From Moniliella sp. 'wahieum' (taxonomy: Eukaryota): a stretch of DNA of 64,000 nt. A program made the translations under genes and the position numbers. A model generated the notes under the pieces. That model saw only the letters and a list, made by a program, of their open reading frames with translations, searched no databases and was not told where the DNA came from. Positions 12,318-25,800 of the stretch are shown here, piece after piece; the stretch's first letter is position 1; every line of letters begins with the position of its first letter. The DNA is taken from contig RSEE01000100.1 of assembly GCA_003971905.1 (NCBI GenBank), positions 124,001 to 188,000 of the forward strand. Direction: 5' to 3'.

Positions 12318-13541
12318 GGTGGTGGCGAGGGCGATGGAGGGGGGGAAAGCTGGAGGAGGAAGAGGAGGGGGAGACAGCAGGGCCGGTGCTGTCGGGGGGT
12401 CTTCTATGCGCGACTATATTATGCGAATGCAGGCGCATGCGAAGGCGTTCGGGCCCAACGCGCGCAGAAATGCGGTGCCTCAAGGTCAGGCCACCCGGGC
12501 GCGGCAGCGGGGCAGTGTGCTTCCCCGCATCCAGCGCGCACTTCCGATTCCGGCCGGGTGGCGGCCGGGAGGTGTGGGGTTGGGATGGCGGTCACCGCTG
12601 TCATCCATCCCGACCGCTCGGCATCTGGCGGATGGCCGTCAAATCACTTCTGACCATCTGACTCCGACCGCGGCAAGCGCGGACGACTCCGACGCATCCC
12701 ACGACGCCAGAGGCTGAGAGAGAGCCACAGAGCCACAGAGCACGAGAGTGAAAAGCCATTATACTGTGACGTATTTCATGACGATCATGTGTTCGTTCCC
12801 GCGGGGTATTATACACACAGAAGAGTAAGATACTAGTAGTAGTATAGGGGCTTCTGCATCGGCACTGCCTCGCGCTGCGACCGGTACGCGCGCCAGCCCA
12901 ACTTGAGGCCTGACGGCCTGACGCCTGACATGTGACACCGCTTTTGACTTGGGCCGCGAGAGCAGAGAGCAAGGTGGGTGGCGAGGAGCTGTGTCTGTGC
13001 TCAGTTTTGAGCGCGGGGGCGGAGAGGCGGATGGGCCCGGGTTGGAGGCATTAGTATATATCAACACATCCAGTGTGGCAAGTGACATGTGACACGAGGA
13101 GGGTGTGGGTAGTAGTGATCCGCAGCCTGTGCGTGAGACCGGAGGGACCGGAAGGAGCCCGGTTTCGGGTCGTCTTCCCAGCCAAGACCGACTGTTCCTC
13201 AAAAGCCCAATTACACAGCCATGCATGAACAGCAAGATAACTGTGGGTCACATGTCACAGCCACATTCATCACGCGCATCACATTTTTGCCTTCCTCACA
13301 GGATCTTGGGCAGTGGTGGCCAAAAGGGGATGAAGGGGGGATGGGGGTGCTATACGTCACAAGATAACTAGCTTAACTTTAAGTGTGTTGTGCCTGCTGA
13401 TTGGCGTGAGAAGATTGACTGTATGTGTGTGGCTGAGTCTTGGCGCGCTCAGCACTAGGAGTTTCTGATGGAAACAGTCGGGTGGATCTCTTTGCTAGAG
13501 GGTAGTGCTATAAGGTTCTCCTGCCCTCCCCTAATTGATCA

Positions 13542-14587
13542 ATGATAAATGACGCTCGCTGCAGTGGCGCGGATGATTCGTTTCGTGCGCGCAACCCTTT
13601 TGTTCGTTCCAAATTGCTTCCTTTTGCTCTTGTCTCTTTCCCTTCAGCTTGCTTGAAGGACATTGACAGCCCTCGGCCACCTCGGCCGCCTTCAAGCTCA
13701 TCTCTCGTGCTTCTCATAGCGTTCCTAGGCGTTCCCAATCCGCACAGTAGAGTTGGAGGTGGAGGGGAAGGGGAAGGGGAAGGGGAAGGGGAAGGGGATT
13801 GTTTCGCCTCTTACATTGCACACACTGTCAAATAGGGTCGAGAAGATCAGTGCGACATCTGGGGTGGTGTCAGCAAGACATATGTGCTTGTCTGAGCCGG
13901 CGCGGCCAACACGCAGGGTGGAGCTCGGGCCATACAACCTCCGTCGTACTGGTTTTCTTGTCTACACAGAAGAGGAGCAAATTGGGAACTGAGGGGGCCA
14001 AGTCGATCTCAGTAGGCCAGCAGGCAAGCCCACCAACCATTCATCTGTACCGTGTGCCGAGAGTGACTCGTATGTGGGCCACGAGGAAATCAATGGAGAC
14101 AATCGTGGAGCATAGCAGTAGCTCCCTTTGCGTTCTCGAGCGAGAATCCGACCCAAACCTAGATCTTCCTTTGTACTCTATGTGAAGTAACCCATTGGGA
14201 TCTAAGGTGCACACCTGAACCCCGCGAAAAGGCACGATGCCATCACGTTTGGGGTGGGTAAGGGATAATGGCTTCCAACACGGAGTCCCGGACATTTTGG
14301 CCACGGTAACGTCGGTCATACCAGCCCCCCCCCCCTCTGGGGAATGACACGTGTATCGGAGAAAAGAATGGGGCCGCAACATCGAGCATACCTTCACAGT
14401 GGTGTTGGATGAGTATGTCCCTGGCCATCTCCGGGGTTCTGCAGCAGTGGAAAAAGTGGATGTCGACATGTGGGAGGAGAGGGGGGATGGGGAGGTGGTG
14501 GTGGTGACCCGCAGTGGTAGGCCGGCTGCTGCCAGTAGGCTACTCGACTTGAATTGGATCCAGAGCACCTGCGGAGCGGAGGCGTAG
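13542..14587 (+). CDS. Possible hypothetical protein or gene relic (fragmented)
   Basis: A chain of short plus-strand ORFs with globular-looking segments (RVELGPYNLRRTGFLVY; IEHTFTVVLDEYVPGHL..LLDLNWIQ). No family recognised. Confidence 0.25.
13763..13797 (+). repeat. (GGGGAA)n microsatellite, G-quadruplex-capable
   Basis: About six tandem GGGGAA units. Confidence 0.75.
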
Positions 14588-14672
14588 ACATGCAATGCCA
14601 ATTACGTAATACCCAGTGTGGTCGGCCTCCCCCGTATTCTAACCGCCGCTGCCCATCTCGTATCTCACCTCC

Positions 14673-15496
14673 ATGGCCTGGCTCGACACGCCCGAGGGCG
14701 AAGGAGCGCTTTTCGCTGCCATCTCGCAGTTCCGCCCGTCGGAATCCACAAACATGCGCACCTACTCGCCGTGCTGAACCGGCTGCGCGCTGGCTGGTCC
14801 TGCGTCGTCGGAGCTCGAAGAGGCTGGTGCGGCAGCAGTGTGGGCCAAGCTGGAAGAGTACTACGACCTAGCTGCATTGGAGACGATTGAATCTCAGTCC
14901 ACGGTACCTGATGCGCTGGTAACGCGATCCTTGGCTCCGAAGTTGGCTCGACGCGCGCGTAGTCCGCCCCCTGCTCCACCGGTTGGACGCACACGTCGAG
15001 GTGCCGCCGCAGCGGCGGCGGCGACAGCTACGTGTCCCGCGTGCGATGCCCAGCCCACACCTGGGTTTGACCTACTGGTCTACCCCCAACTTGTGCCGCT
15101 TGTTGAAGCAGCTGGGAGGGCGAATACGCCCGATGCCAGTGGGTCCGATACATCTACCCCCTCGCCTGCACGCAAGCGCCGTCGAACTTCTCGTCCGCCC
15201 CGAACGCGTAAACGGACGAGCAAGTCGCCTGCGCCGTCGGCCGGACGCTCTTCCGCTGCGCCCGAGACCGAGGAGGCGGAGGAAGCAGAACAGAGGCAGA
15301 CCAAGAGCAAGACCAAGAGGCTGACCAAGAGCAGACCAAGAACAAGATCAAGATCAAGAGGAGGCAAGAGGAGGAGGAGGAACCTGAGGGGAACGAGGAG
15401 AAACCCAGTACGCGGGCGGCGACGCGTGCCCAGGCTCAGACCGGCTCGGCAGGCGGTACGGGGAACAAGCCGCGTCGCAGCACGCGCAAAACGTAG
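14673..15496 (+). CDS. EAF7: NuA4 histone acetyltransferase subunit Eaf7 (MRGBP/CT20 family)
   Basis: MAWLDTPEGEGALFAAISQFRPVGIHKHAHLLAVLNRL...WAKLEEYYDLAALETIE (read across indels) matches the Eaf7 PVGIHKH / W.KL...YDL.AL signature, followed by a charged low-complexity tail. Confidence 0.8.
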
Positions 15497-17069
15497 ATTC
15501 GCGGGGGCGGTGGACGATGGATGCATTGGTGGCACGATGGAAGCACCATGATAGGGTATAACAGGCCACAGGGTAGGGAATTTAGGCTTGATCCGCGGAA
15601 GCTGTCGCTACATACGGCACGAGCTCTCTCGTCTGCTGCATGCACCGGTTAGGACCTGTCAGTTGGCTGTACTCGTCTGGGGCCCTAGTACGTCGGGCGG
15701 GAGCTAACGATTGAGTGTGCGGGTTAGCCGAAGTAGAGGAGCGAGGGGGTTATCCTATAGGCTCCGACGATTCATCGTCATCCCATTATCCGTGCCCGCA
15801 GCTTCGAGAAGAGGAATACTAGCCGGGACGCTGAATGCGGGGCATGCGGTGTATGTCCTGAGGGTGGGAGGAGATGAGTTGCCCATTGTCCTACTAACAA
15901 CTATAGACGGACGGGGAATGTCTTGAGCCAGAACATGGTTCAGGGGGCACTGAAAGCCCTATCGCCCATAAAGGTGAGAGCGCGGGTACCATTCCGGCCA
16001 CAGCATCTGTTTCTGCACTGTTGTGTGGTCAGGTGGACCTCAGGGCAGGTTAGCCGGATATGGTAGGCGTGTTGACGATGCGGGTGGGCTGTATACAAGA
16101 GCAGCATGGCGGGCTACTTAGCCCAGTGCGGTTGCCCTTCTACACCTCGGCCAACTCAGGGTTGGGTAGGTGCCACGACTGATGGACAAACCCGCAAAGT
16201 AGAAAGTAATATAGGATGTTCATTCATTTATCATTTCCCTCTTCCCATCTTTCTTCGGTCCTTCCGTCCCCGTATATGGTTCCTTCACGGCTGCCAGTGT
16301 ACACGTGCACACAAAACTTCCCCCGCCTCTCTCGACGCAATAGGATTGCTCTGTTTAAAGAGACGAATAATATACGGTTTCATCATGGTAGTGCCTCCCC
16401 CGGCACGCGAGCGTGGGGCAAGGCGCCTTGCACACCTTTTCCTAGGCGTCACCGGCGTCACCACCGCCATCGCCGCCTAACCCATAGGGGCACAGGCATC
16501 CAAGTTGTCCCTAGGAGAGAGGATGGTGAACCTCGGTGAGGCCGGTGAGGTTACCGACCGGACGGACTATATATGAACTAGTACTTTGTTCTGAATGGCT
16601 GTGCATATGACGAGGTCTCATCGATCATCGGGGGAGAACTATTAACTACAGGCAATGTTGGACGTTGGTGCCAGGAACTGCCGTGGGGTTCAAGAGTTGC
16701 TGAGCTGAGACAGTGCACTGAGTTCCTCGGTTCCTAGCAATTGTCAGTTGCACTACTATTTGAGCTTTGCTAGGTACGTGTTTCTATGGGAAACGAAGGA
16801 AGAACTGGCCGACTCGATCTAAGAGAGCAGAAAAGCCAAGCACCCCCTCATACGGAAGCTTATGTAGTAGCCCGGGTCCTGATTAACGATAGTGTGGGTT
16901 AGCCGATTATTTGGAGCGTTAACGTTTAACAAACAAAAGGAACACATTGGTTGAGTACAGGGCTGATTAAAGTTGAGGAGAGTGTGGAAGCGGATAATCG
17001 CATGGTCGGGTTGCCTTCATTCGGGCGCATGAAGCTTGAAGCTTGGCGTGGACCTGTGGCTCTCACGCT

Positions 17070-18983
17070 TCACAGCGGGTTGGGCGCATCAATGTTGACT
17101 GACACGGCCTTGACCTGAACATAATTCTCCAGAGCGTAGCTAGCATTTTCACACCAATGCCCGAGGCCTTGTATCCGCCAAACGGAACCTGGGCCGAAAG
17201 GGCGTTGTACGTGTTGACCCAGACCGAACCAGCCTGGAGCGCATGCGCCGTCTTGAGTGCTTTGGAAATGTCGCGGGAGAACACGCCGGCAGCCAAGCCA
17301 TACATCGAGTCGTTAGCCTTGGCCAACAGTTCCTCGTGGTCCTTAAATTTGTGCACGACCACCACGGGGCCAAAGATTTCTTCACGGCTGATCACCGAGT
17401 CTTCCGCGCAATCGGTAAAGATGGTGGGCTCAATGAACCAGCCAACAGGCTTGCCCTTTCCCACGTAGCGGTCTTGGCTCAACGCATTGCCGCCCGTGAC
17501 CAGCTTGCCCTCCGTCTTTGCCCACCTCGATGTAGTGCATGATCCGATCGTACTGCGCCTTGCTAATTTGGGGCCCGAGGTAGGTATCTTTTTCGAACGG
17601 GTCGCCGACCTTGATGGCATCAAACTTGGCCTTCAAGCCAGCCAAGAAGGGTTCGTAGATATCCTCGTGGACGTAAACCCGCGTGCCGGCACAGCAAGTT
17701 TGTCCCATGTTAAAGTTGACGCCCATGGTGCACCACGACACGGCTTTTCCAAATCGGCATCGTCCAAGACGACCGAGGGCGACTTGCCACCCAATTCGAG
17801 CGTGACCTTCTTCAGGTTAGTGTTGGCCGCTGCCTTCATCACCACGCGCCCGACGCGCGTCGAACCAGTAAAGGAGATCTTGTCAACGTCAGGGTGCTCG
17901 GCCATAGCGTTACCTGCGCCGGTGCCGAGGCCCGTGACGAGGTTGACGACGCCCTTGGGGAAGCCCGCTTTGTCAATCAACTCAAACAGTTTCAATGCCG
18001 ACAAGGGCGTGTTTTCTGCCGACTTGAGCACCACCGTGTTGCCCGTTGCCAAGGCCGGGCCCAGCTTCCACGCAGTCAACATCAGAGGGTAATTCCAGGG
18101 CACAATGGCGGCACAAACGCCAATGGGTTCCAAGCGCGTGTACTGGAACAAGTGTGGGTTTTCCCCCGACAAGACTTGGCCTGAATGCTTGTCGGCCCAT
18201 CCGGCAAAGTAGCGAATGGCCCCGAGTAGCTGCGCCACATCAAATGCCTTGGCAATCGAGAAGGGCTTGCCATTGTCCAACGCTTCGATGGCGGCCAACT
18301 CGTCGTAGTTGTCTTCAATCAGACGCGCCAGCTTGTTGAGCAACACGGCGCGTTGCGGGCCGGTGGTGTGCAGGCCCCAGGTCGTCTTGAATGCCCGACG
18401 CGCCGCTTGCACAGCCAGGTCGACATCGTGCGCATCGCCCTGGGAAATCTCGGCCACCTGTTCTGTGGTAGCAGGGTTGAAGACCTTGAGTGTCTCGCCC
18501 GTCATCGAAGGGACCCACTCGCCACTATCACCACCACCACACAATCATCTCCTGTCAGCGTTGTCCTCTGCACACATGCAATCGAATCCAACCCGCCAGG
18601 CTGTGGCTAGTACCAGGCGCAAGGCAGCACCCAAGCCATCCTGGGCGCCAGGACGCGGGATGGTGATATGGGCTGGGAACGAAGAGAGCCAACGTACTCA
18701 ATGTACAGACCGCCACTGAAGCTGCTATGGGTGCCGTCGGGGAACTGGAGGTTGACATGGGGCACGGGGTTGGCCGCCGAGTACGCACGGGTGGCCATGG
18801 CAGGCAGCGCGGCGGGGCGGGGGCGGGGCGTGCGGATGCAAGGGACGACAGGCCATGGACACCGCGGGCGGAAAGGCAGGCGGCGGGGCGGGGCAGGCTG
18901 GCGCGCACGCCGGCACGGACCACAGCGGCGGCCGGGGCGCGGAGCGGGGTGTGGAGGGGCTGGCGGAGGAGGGCGGAGCGCAT
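17070..18983 (-). CDS. NAD(P)+ aldehyde dehydrogenase (ALDH1/2-like) with mitochondrial presequence; intron 18525-18697
   Basis: IVPWNYPL..KLGPALATGNTVVLKSAENTPLS..FTGSTRVG..TLELGGKSP..FNMGQTCCAGTR (catalytic Cys)..EEIFGPV..YGLAAGVF..PFGGYKASGIG. The N-terminus is Arg/Ala-rich with no acidic residues. Confidence 0.95.
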
Positions 18984-19048
18984 CGGGGGTCGGGTCGGGT
19001 GGGGGGAGGGCAGGGGAGGAGGCGAGGCGAGGGGCAGGCGAAGCGGTG

Positions 19049-19056
19049 GTTTTATA
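19049..19056 (-). promoter_or_regulatory. TATA box of the ALDH gene
   Basis: GTATAAAA on the minus strand about 70 bp upstream of the ATG, in otherwise very GC-rich DNA. Confidence 0.55.
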
Positions 19057-22000
19057 CACTTGCGATGGGCCGAGGATAGATAGGGGCGGCAGCCGCGAGG
19101 AAGACTGGGCTGCTGGCGTGTGGGACGGGGGGCTGGGGTGGGAGCCGACAGGCGAGGCACTATGGATGCCGGCTGGCGTTCGCGGCTACGGCTGCAACTG
19201 GGCCATCAAGCTTCAAGCATTAAGCCGGTTCGAAGGACGGGCCAAAGCTTGGTGCGTGCGCTGGGATGGTTCATGATGGTTGCCGCAGACACGCGTGCGG
19301 AGGGGGCCGCAAACACCGCGCGGGAGCCGCCCGGGGCCGCGGCTGAGGCGCTGAGGAGGCAGACGCCTGTCCGAGGCAGGCTGGCTTGGGGCCTCAGCCG
19401 GCGCAGGCCAGCGCAGCCGCATCCAGTGTCCATGCATGGCCGGCGGGTACGTTGGCTGCGCTGGCTTAATCCCCGCTGCGCTTCCGTCCGGCACCGCTTA
19501 TCTGCGCCGCATCCCGCATCACCCACCGTGTCTGCACACTGCCCCCCTGCGCTGCGCTGTGCTCCCTCACGCACTGCGCATCATGCATCACGCATCCTTC
19601 TTCTGCGCTTGGCACTCTGTCGCCCTCGCGCCTGGCAAGACACGACCCCAACCAATCCCGCCCCCCCACGCGGCTCCCTCCCGCCACGTCATGCGCCGTT
19701 GCCAGCCGCTCGGCCCCACGCCGCCGCCCTCACTCACCTTCGGTCTGCGCCATGCTCCACACGCGACCCTCCCCACCTGGTCCCAAGCCAATCCAGTCTT
19801 CGTTTCCGTGCTGCGCGTGCTCGTCGTCGCTGGCGCACAAGTTTCTATTCGACACGACCCATCCCAATGTCCACCCGCGCGCACCCTCCCCCAGCCCCAA
19901 GACAGGCCGCCCTTCGAGACCATCTGTCGTCCACAATCATCAATCAGTCCTCAGTTTCTCAGCCCTCCATGTTGTGAACTTACGTACTGCGTTTTTCCTA
20001 TTCCTACTTCGGCCCTTTCGGTGCTATATGCAGATCACACCGCACGCACCTGCGGCAGAGCACAATCTCCTATCTCAGATCTCAGATCTCAAGAACAAGG
20101 AGATCGTTCAGCTTGGCTTTGCACCAGAAGAGCCATCCATATCAGATCGAACTCCATTGCATGAATTGCACACCCCTTCAGAATCCCACCACACAAAAAG
20201 CCCAAAAAGCCCTTGGGGACTTTCGGAGCTGGTGTCAACGTTCAACACAAGCGATAGTAGGATCTGCGATCGACATATTCCTCATCAAGCATCTAACACA
20301 GCCACCACACCAGCACATACCCACTCCTGTGATCTCATCACACCGATCACACCAGGCCTCAGGCCTCACAACCCGTCGGAGCATCTGCGCTTCTGCGCTA
20401 CTGTTGCCAAATCTCAATCTGAGATCCATGTCGGAGAAGGGCGAAAAGTGACTATAGAGAAGCCTGCCGAGTGTGCGGCTTATTTGGCCGCGCGCATCCC
20501 TTTCTCCCCTTGCTATATTCTCTCTCTAAGCTCTATGTGCTCTTGGCTCTGCGTGGTGCTTATGTCGTGTAGGCCTGAGACTCAGGCCTCAGGTGAGGCC
20601 TGAGGCCTCGGCCTCACTAGTCACTGACTGGCCACTCTCGAAACCGCTTTCAAAAGGACCTTCGATTTCACTTGTACGTAAAGCTCTTCTTCCAGAGGCG
20701 GTGTGGGATCTGGGACGAGCGACGAGCCCTCGATATTCGTTCGACGGTCTCTCTTCTTCGAAAAGAGGTGTTGTGTTAGGCAGTCGGTCTGCTCCGGTTC
20801 ACTTTCGGTTTCGGTTAACGGTTACCACTTATATGCTTCCGATGGTAACCGGTAAGTACGAAGTAATTAAAAGACCAACAGCGCAACAAGCAGTTTACGT
20901 AGGTGGCTGCACCATGCGCGCCACATTTTGTACTTGGCAAACGCCACACGCCATACGCCATACGCCACACGTCACCCGTCACACTCGTCACACTCACGCG
21001 CCAGACACCGCCGCTATATACACCCCTCTGGGATCTGGGATACCATCAGTTGTACGTTTTCTTTGGTGCGTTCTGCCTTCTGCACGTTCTGTCGTTCTGC
21101 ACGTTCTGCATTCGGCGTTGGGTGTTTGACTTGGTGTGTTTGACGCTCGGCGTTCGGTGGTCCGTGATTAATTGATTAATGATTCACGCGGCGCATCTCA
21201 GATCTCAACAAGATGATGGCTTCTCGTACCCTTTTCTTCCGTATACTGTAACTTCCCTTCTGGTTCCAAAAACTCCGAACTCCGCCCGCGGCCCTAGTAG
21301 GTCTTAGGCCTTAGGCCGATCCAGAAAATGTATCGACCGAACCTCTTCTGCTGTTGAATCTGCCATGCAGAGCCTCAGTGTTGGGTCGCTCTCGGTCTCG
21401 TTTTCAACGTTCCAGCTTCAAATGCTTCAAGCATCCAACGCGTTTCACCGACCGCAGCTTTCAAGCTTCAAGCTTCAAGCTTCATGCCCTGCCACAGCCC
21501 TACCACAGCCCTGCCAACAGCCCCTCCCGCCGCCCTTCCCTCCAAACCTCTCTGCCACAGGCGTATATAGCACAACCTATACACGAGCTACTACGTACTT
21601 ACCGGTGGTGAAAACGTCAGACCTTCCCTATTGCGCCTTATGTGGGAGGTCGGGCTCTCCCAGTTGGGTTAACGCGTAACGCGGGAACGCCGTCAGTGTA
21701 CCACTTGGCTGTTATATACACGAGCGCTCGCGCTTGCGGGCCATGAATACCTCGGTTTCTCTCATGAGAAGCTTGAAGCTTAGTAGGGTTATCTCTTTAT
21801 CGACTCTCTTCCTACCGACCAACTCTGGTTAACACTACCTTGCCCCCCCCCCCTGACCGGCACCCCCCCCTTAAGAAACACCTCCGTCTTCTCCTTCACC
21901 GCGGCATTCTCGGCTTTGAAGGTGCTCTTACCTTATCTTTACGACTCTATGTGGCTCACCCCGATTCTCCACTGCAAGCTCCAGATCCTCTCAGGTAGGG

Positions 22001-22879
22001 TTTGCCTTAATTCCAGTGCGTTAAAAGGATCCGTCCCGGTCCGCCTATATACTAATAGAACGGTAAAAACAAATGGGGCAAGGGCAGAGCAGTAACAAAA
22101 CATACTATGTGTCCCTGAGCTCTCCAGTGGGCCCATTCTCAAAGGGTCGGGATGGCCTACGCATGCTGTTCTCCGTTTGTGGAAAAAGCCTGAACTGCAG
22201 CCTTTGCATGCATAGACGGCCACCCGAACCATATAGTAGAGGGCCTCTCTCCCTCGCTGCATGTGCTCGATTCTGTCAGGATCTGCCGCCGGATATAGCG
22301 TGCGCAGTGGGGTAACCCGTTCCCATGACACTCAGATTGCGTTGGATCGTCTTGTAAACAATTGAGCCACTACACAGTATATGGGAGCGGTATAGATCCT
22401 TGGTCTTCCGCGTATTATATGATGGCACGACAGACGTGAGTGTGCCCGTTGCCTACATGCCTACCGTGAGTGGGATGGAATATGGATAGTGCTGATTGCA
22501 TTTTGAAGTTTGATCTTCGGTCATCTGCAAAGCTACGGCTACCAGCGCGGTGGAGCTCGCCGAGGCGAGGGGCCATGGCGATGATGCATGTGATGGGGGT
22601 GGGCAGCATACCCAAATTCGTCGCGTCGGCGTCGTCGTCGTCGGCCACTCAATATTCATCAGCCCGCTGCGAGGGGGAGCAGCGCACAGGCCAGGGCCGG
22701 GTGACACACTGGCCCCGTGGGGAAGGGGGCGACGTGGATGCAGGCGGGGTGGGCAGCGTTTCAAATGTCCCGGCTGATATAGTGTGCCAGGAGTACGCCC
22801 AGACCCTGTTGAGTGGTGCACCCATCCACCCGCTGGGAGCCCACACGACGCCTGCGCCGCCGCTGGGCAGTGGAAATAC

Positions 22880-25800
22880 ATGCCATGCTACATGCTGGGC
22901 GACACGCCCCCTCGGGCCCAGCCTGTCTGTCTCCTCTGCCCCACCACCGCCATGCCCGCCCCCGCCGCGCCACCATCGACCTCCCGCCCCTGGCCTCCCA
23001 CCCGCCCGCCGCCCGCCAGCTTCGTGCCTACCACCCCAGGCGGCTACCCCAGCACCGCACCAAACATGCCCGCCGCCACTCCGACCCTCCACTCCCGCCG
23101 CCCCTCCCACACTCCACGCGGCTCCTTCTACACCCAGGACCACCACATGCTCGCCGAGCGCGCCCTCGCCGCTGCCCTCTCGTCCTCGGCCCGCTCCAGC
23201 GTCCAGGGCATGCCCCCTGCATCCCACCCTCCCGGCTCGGGCGCTCTGGAGGTTGAGCACATCTCCCCACCCTCCAACGCTGATGAGGTCGCCTCACTGG
23301 CCTCTGTCCCCACTGATCGGTCCCTTTACAGGGACCCCGCCGCTCCGCCAATGCTCAACACCCATCTCTTTGCCATGGCAGCTGCGGAACCGTATGCGCC
23401 GCGCCCCTCGGCCTATCTCCCTCCTGTCTCCCGTGGACCTCCAAGGAGAACACTCGTCTCCTCCAAGATGCACGCAAGGAGCGGTACTGGAAGCGATGGG
23501 GGCCTTATGTGAGCGAACGGCAATGGGTACGTTGCTCCTTGCTTGTGTATCCAACTCTTGTATGTCCCTACCTCAACTAATCCACTCACCTTTCGTAGGG
23601 GACTGTACGGGAAGATTACTCCGGCAATGGCGATGCCTGGTCTCACTTTCCCCACGACATAGCCCGTTCGCGGGCATATCGGTGGGGAGAAGACGGCCTG
23701 GCTGGTATTTCGGACAGCCACTGTCGTCTCGCCTTTTCATTGGCGCTTTGGAATGGCAAAGACCCCATTTTGAAGGAACGGTTGTTTGGGATTGCCAACC
23801 CTCAAGGCAACCACGGAGAAGATGTGAAAGAACTATACTGGTACGCTGACAATACGCCTACCCACTCCTACCAAAAGTACATTTACAAGTACCCCCAAAC
23901 AGCGTACCCCTACGAGCAACTCATTCGCGAGTCCACCAACCGAAGCCGGGATGTAAGCGAGTTTGAGATCACGATACGGACATCTTTGATGAGGGTCGGT
24001 ACTGGGATGTGATCATCGAGTATGCCAAGGACGAAGATGAGGAAAATGCCACCTCGATTCGCATCTCTGCCTTCAATCGTGCTTCCGAACCGGCGGATCT
24101 GCACCTGATCCCTCAGCTGCTCTTTCGCAATACGTGGAGTTGGGACGAGGCCAAGTCGACCAAGCCTTCGCTGCAACTGGTGGACGATTATGTGGTTCAA
24201 GCGGACCACGAGGACTTGGGGCGGTACTTTTTGTACTGCTCCACCTCCCCTTGCCCGAGTCTGCCTGTCCAGCGCGGCAGTACACAGGTCGAGCTGGTTT
24301 CCGACGGAGAGATCGTACCCGAGATGCTCTTTACTGAGAATGAAACCAACTTTGAGCGCCTTTACAACGGGACCAATACGAATACGTTTGCCAAGGATGG
24401 CTTTCACGACCATATAATCTTTGACCATCGTCCTGCTGCCGACAAACCTGCACCGACGCGGCACACGCGCACAGTGAAAAAGCAAGTACCGAAAATAATC
24501 TCCAAACCATTCACGGTGCTCAAGCCCAAGTCGATCGTGGGTCTGCCGGTACAGTCGAGGAAGACGGGACCAAGACGGTGACACCCTCGACGCCTCAGAG
24601 TTCTTCTCCCGAGCGGATGGGGGCGAAGGAGGAGACGGAATACGAGCCAGTGAGGAGTATGTGCGCATTGAGGAGATGGTGGAAGTGGAAGAGGAAGAGG
24701 AATACTTTATCCAAACCACGGAGCGCATGCGGGACTATGTCAACCCAGTCAACATTGGTACCAAAGCGGGCGCACACTACGTATTCCGTTCGGTACCTCC
24801 TCATGGGGGGTGTGCAGTGGTGCGACTCAAGTTGACGCCCAAAACGCCGATGGAAGATACCACGATTGACGATGACGATGCATTTGATCAAGTGTTAGAG
24901 GACCGACGTGCCGAAGCGGACGAATTTTACTCTCGCCTCGAAATGGGCGCAGCCAGCGAGGACATGCGGCGGGTGATGCGACAAGCGTTGGCGGGTATGC
25001 TGTGGAACAAGCAATTTTACCAGTTCATCCAAACCGAGTGGATCAAGGGTGATCCTGCCCAACCAGCACCCCCGCCTGAGCGCAAGCGCGTTGGAACCGT
25101 GAATGGCGTCATCTTCATGCGCATGACATCCTTTCCATGCCAGATAAGTGGGAATACCCTTTCTTTGCCGTGTGGGATAGCGCGTTCCACTGCATCCCGC
25201 TCGCCATGATCGATCCTGCGTTTGCCAAAAACAGCTCGACCTCTTTACGCGCGAGTGGTACATGAAGCCGGATGGGGCTTTGCCCGCATACGAGTGGTCC
25301 TTTTCCGATGTCAATCCGCCCGTGCATGCATGGGCTACGTTCGTGTGTTCAAGATCGAACGGAAACTGCATGGAAAGGAGGATCTGGCCTTTTTGGAGCG
25401 CGTATTCCAAAAGTTATTGCTCAACTTTACTTGGTGGACGTACGTTCTTTCCATCTTACCTTCCTTGTCAACGCCCCGAACCCCAGGTCCCCAGAACTGA
25501 CTCGCCTTTGTTCTCGCAGCAATCGCAAGGATGCGTCGGGATCGGGTGGTTTGAAGGAGGCTTTCTGGCCTCGACAACATGGTCCCTTTAACCGCTCAGA
25601 GCCAATGCCAACGGCGGTAAGCTCCGTCAAGCAGACGGGACAGCATGGATGGCATTCTATGCACTGACGATGCTCAGCATGGCACTTGAGTTGGCCAAGC
25701 ACAACCCCACCTATGAGGACATTGCCAGTAAATTCTTTGAGCACTTTATCTACATCTCGGACGCAATGACTTACCAGAATGCGGATGATGACGAGGATGT

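Noticed and set aside
17020..17072. Cryptic peroxisomal PTS1 via stop-codon readthrough of ALDH, as known in smut fungi
   Set aside because: The stop context is TGA AGC rather than TGA CTA, and no in-frame SKL-like tripeptide plus stop follows. The nearby AAGCTT belongs to a heptamer array.
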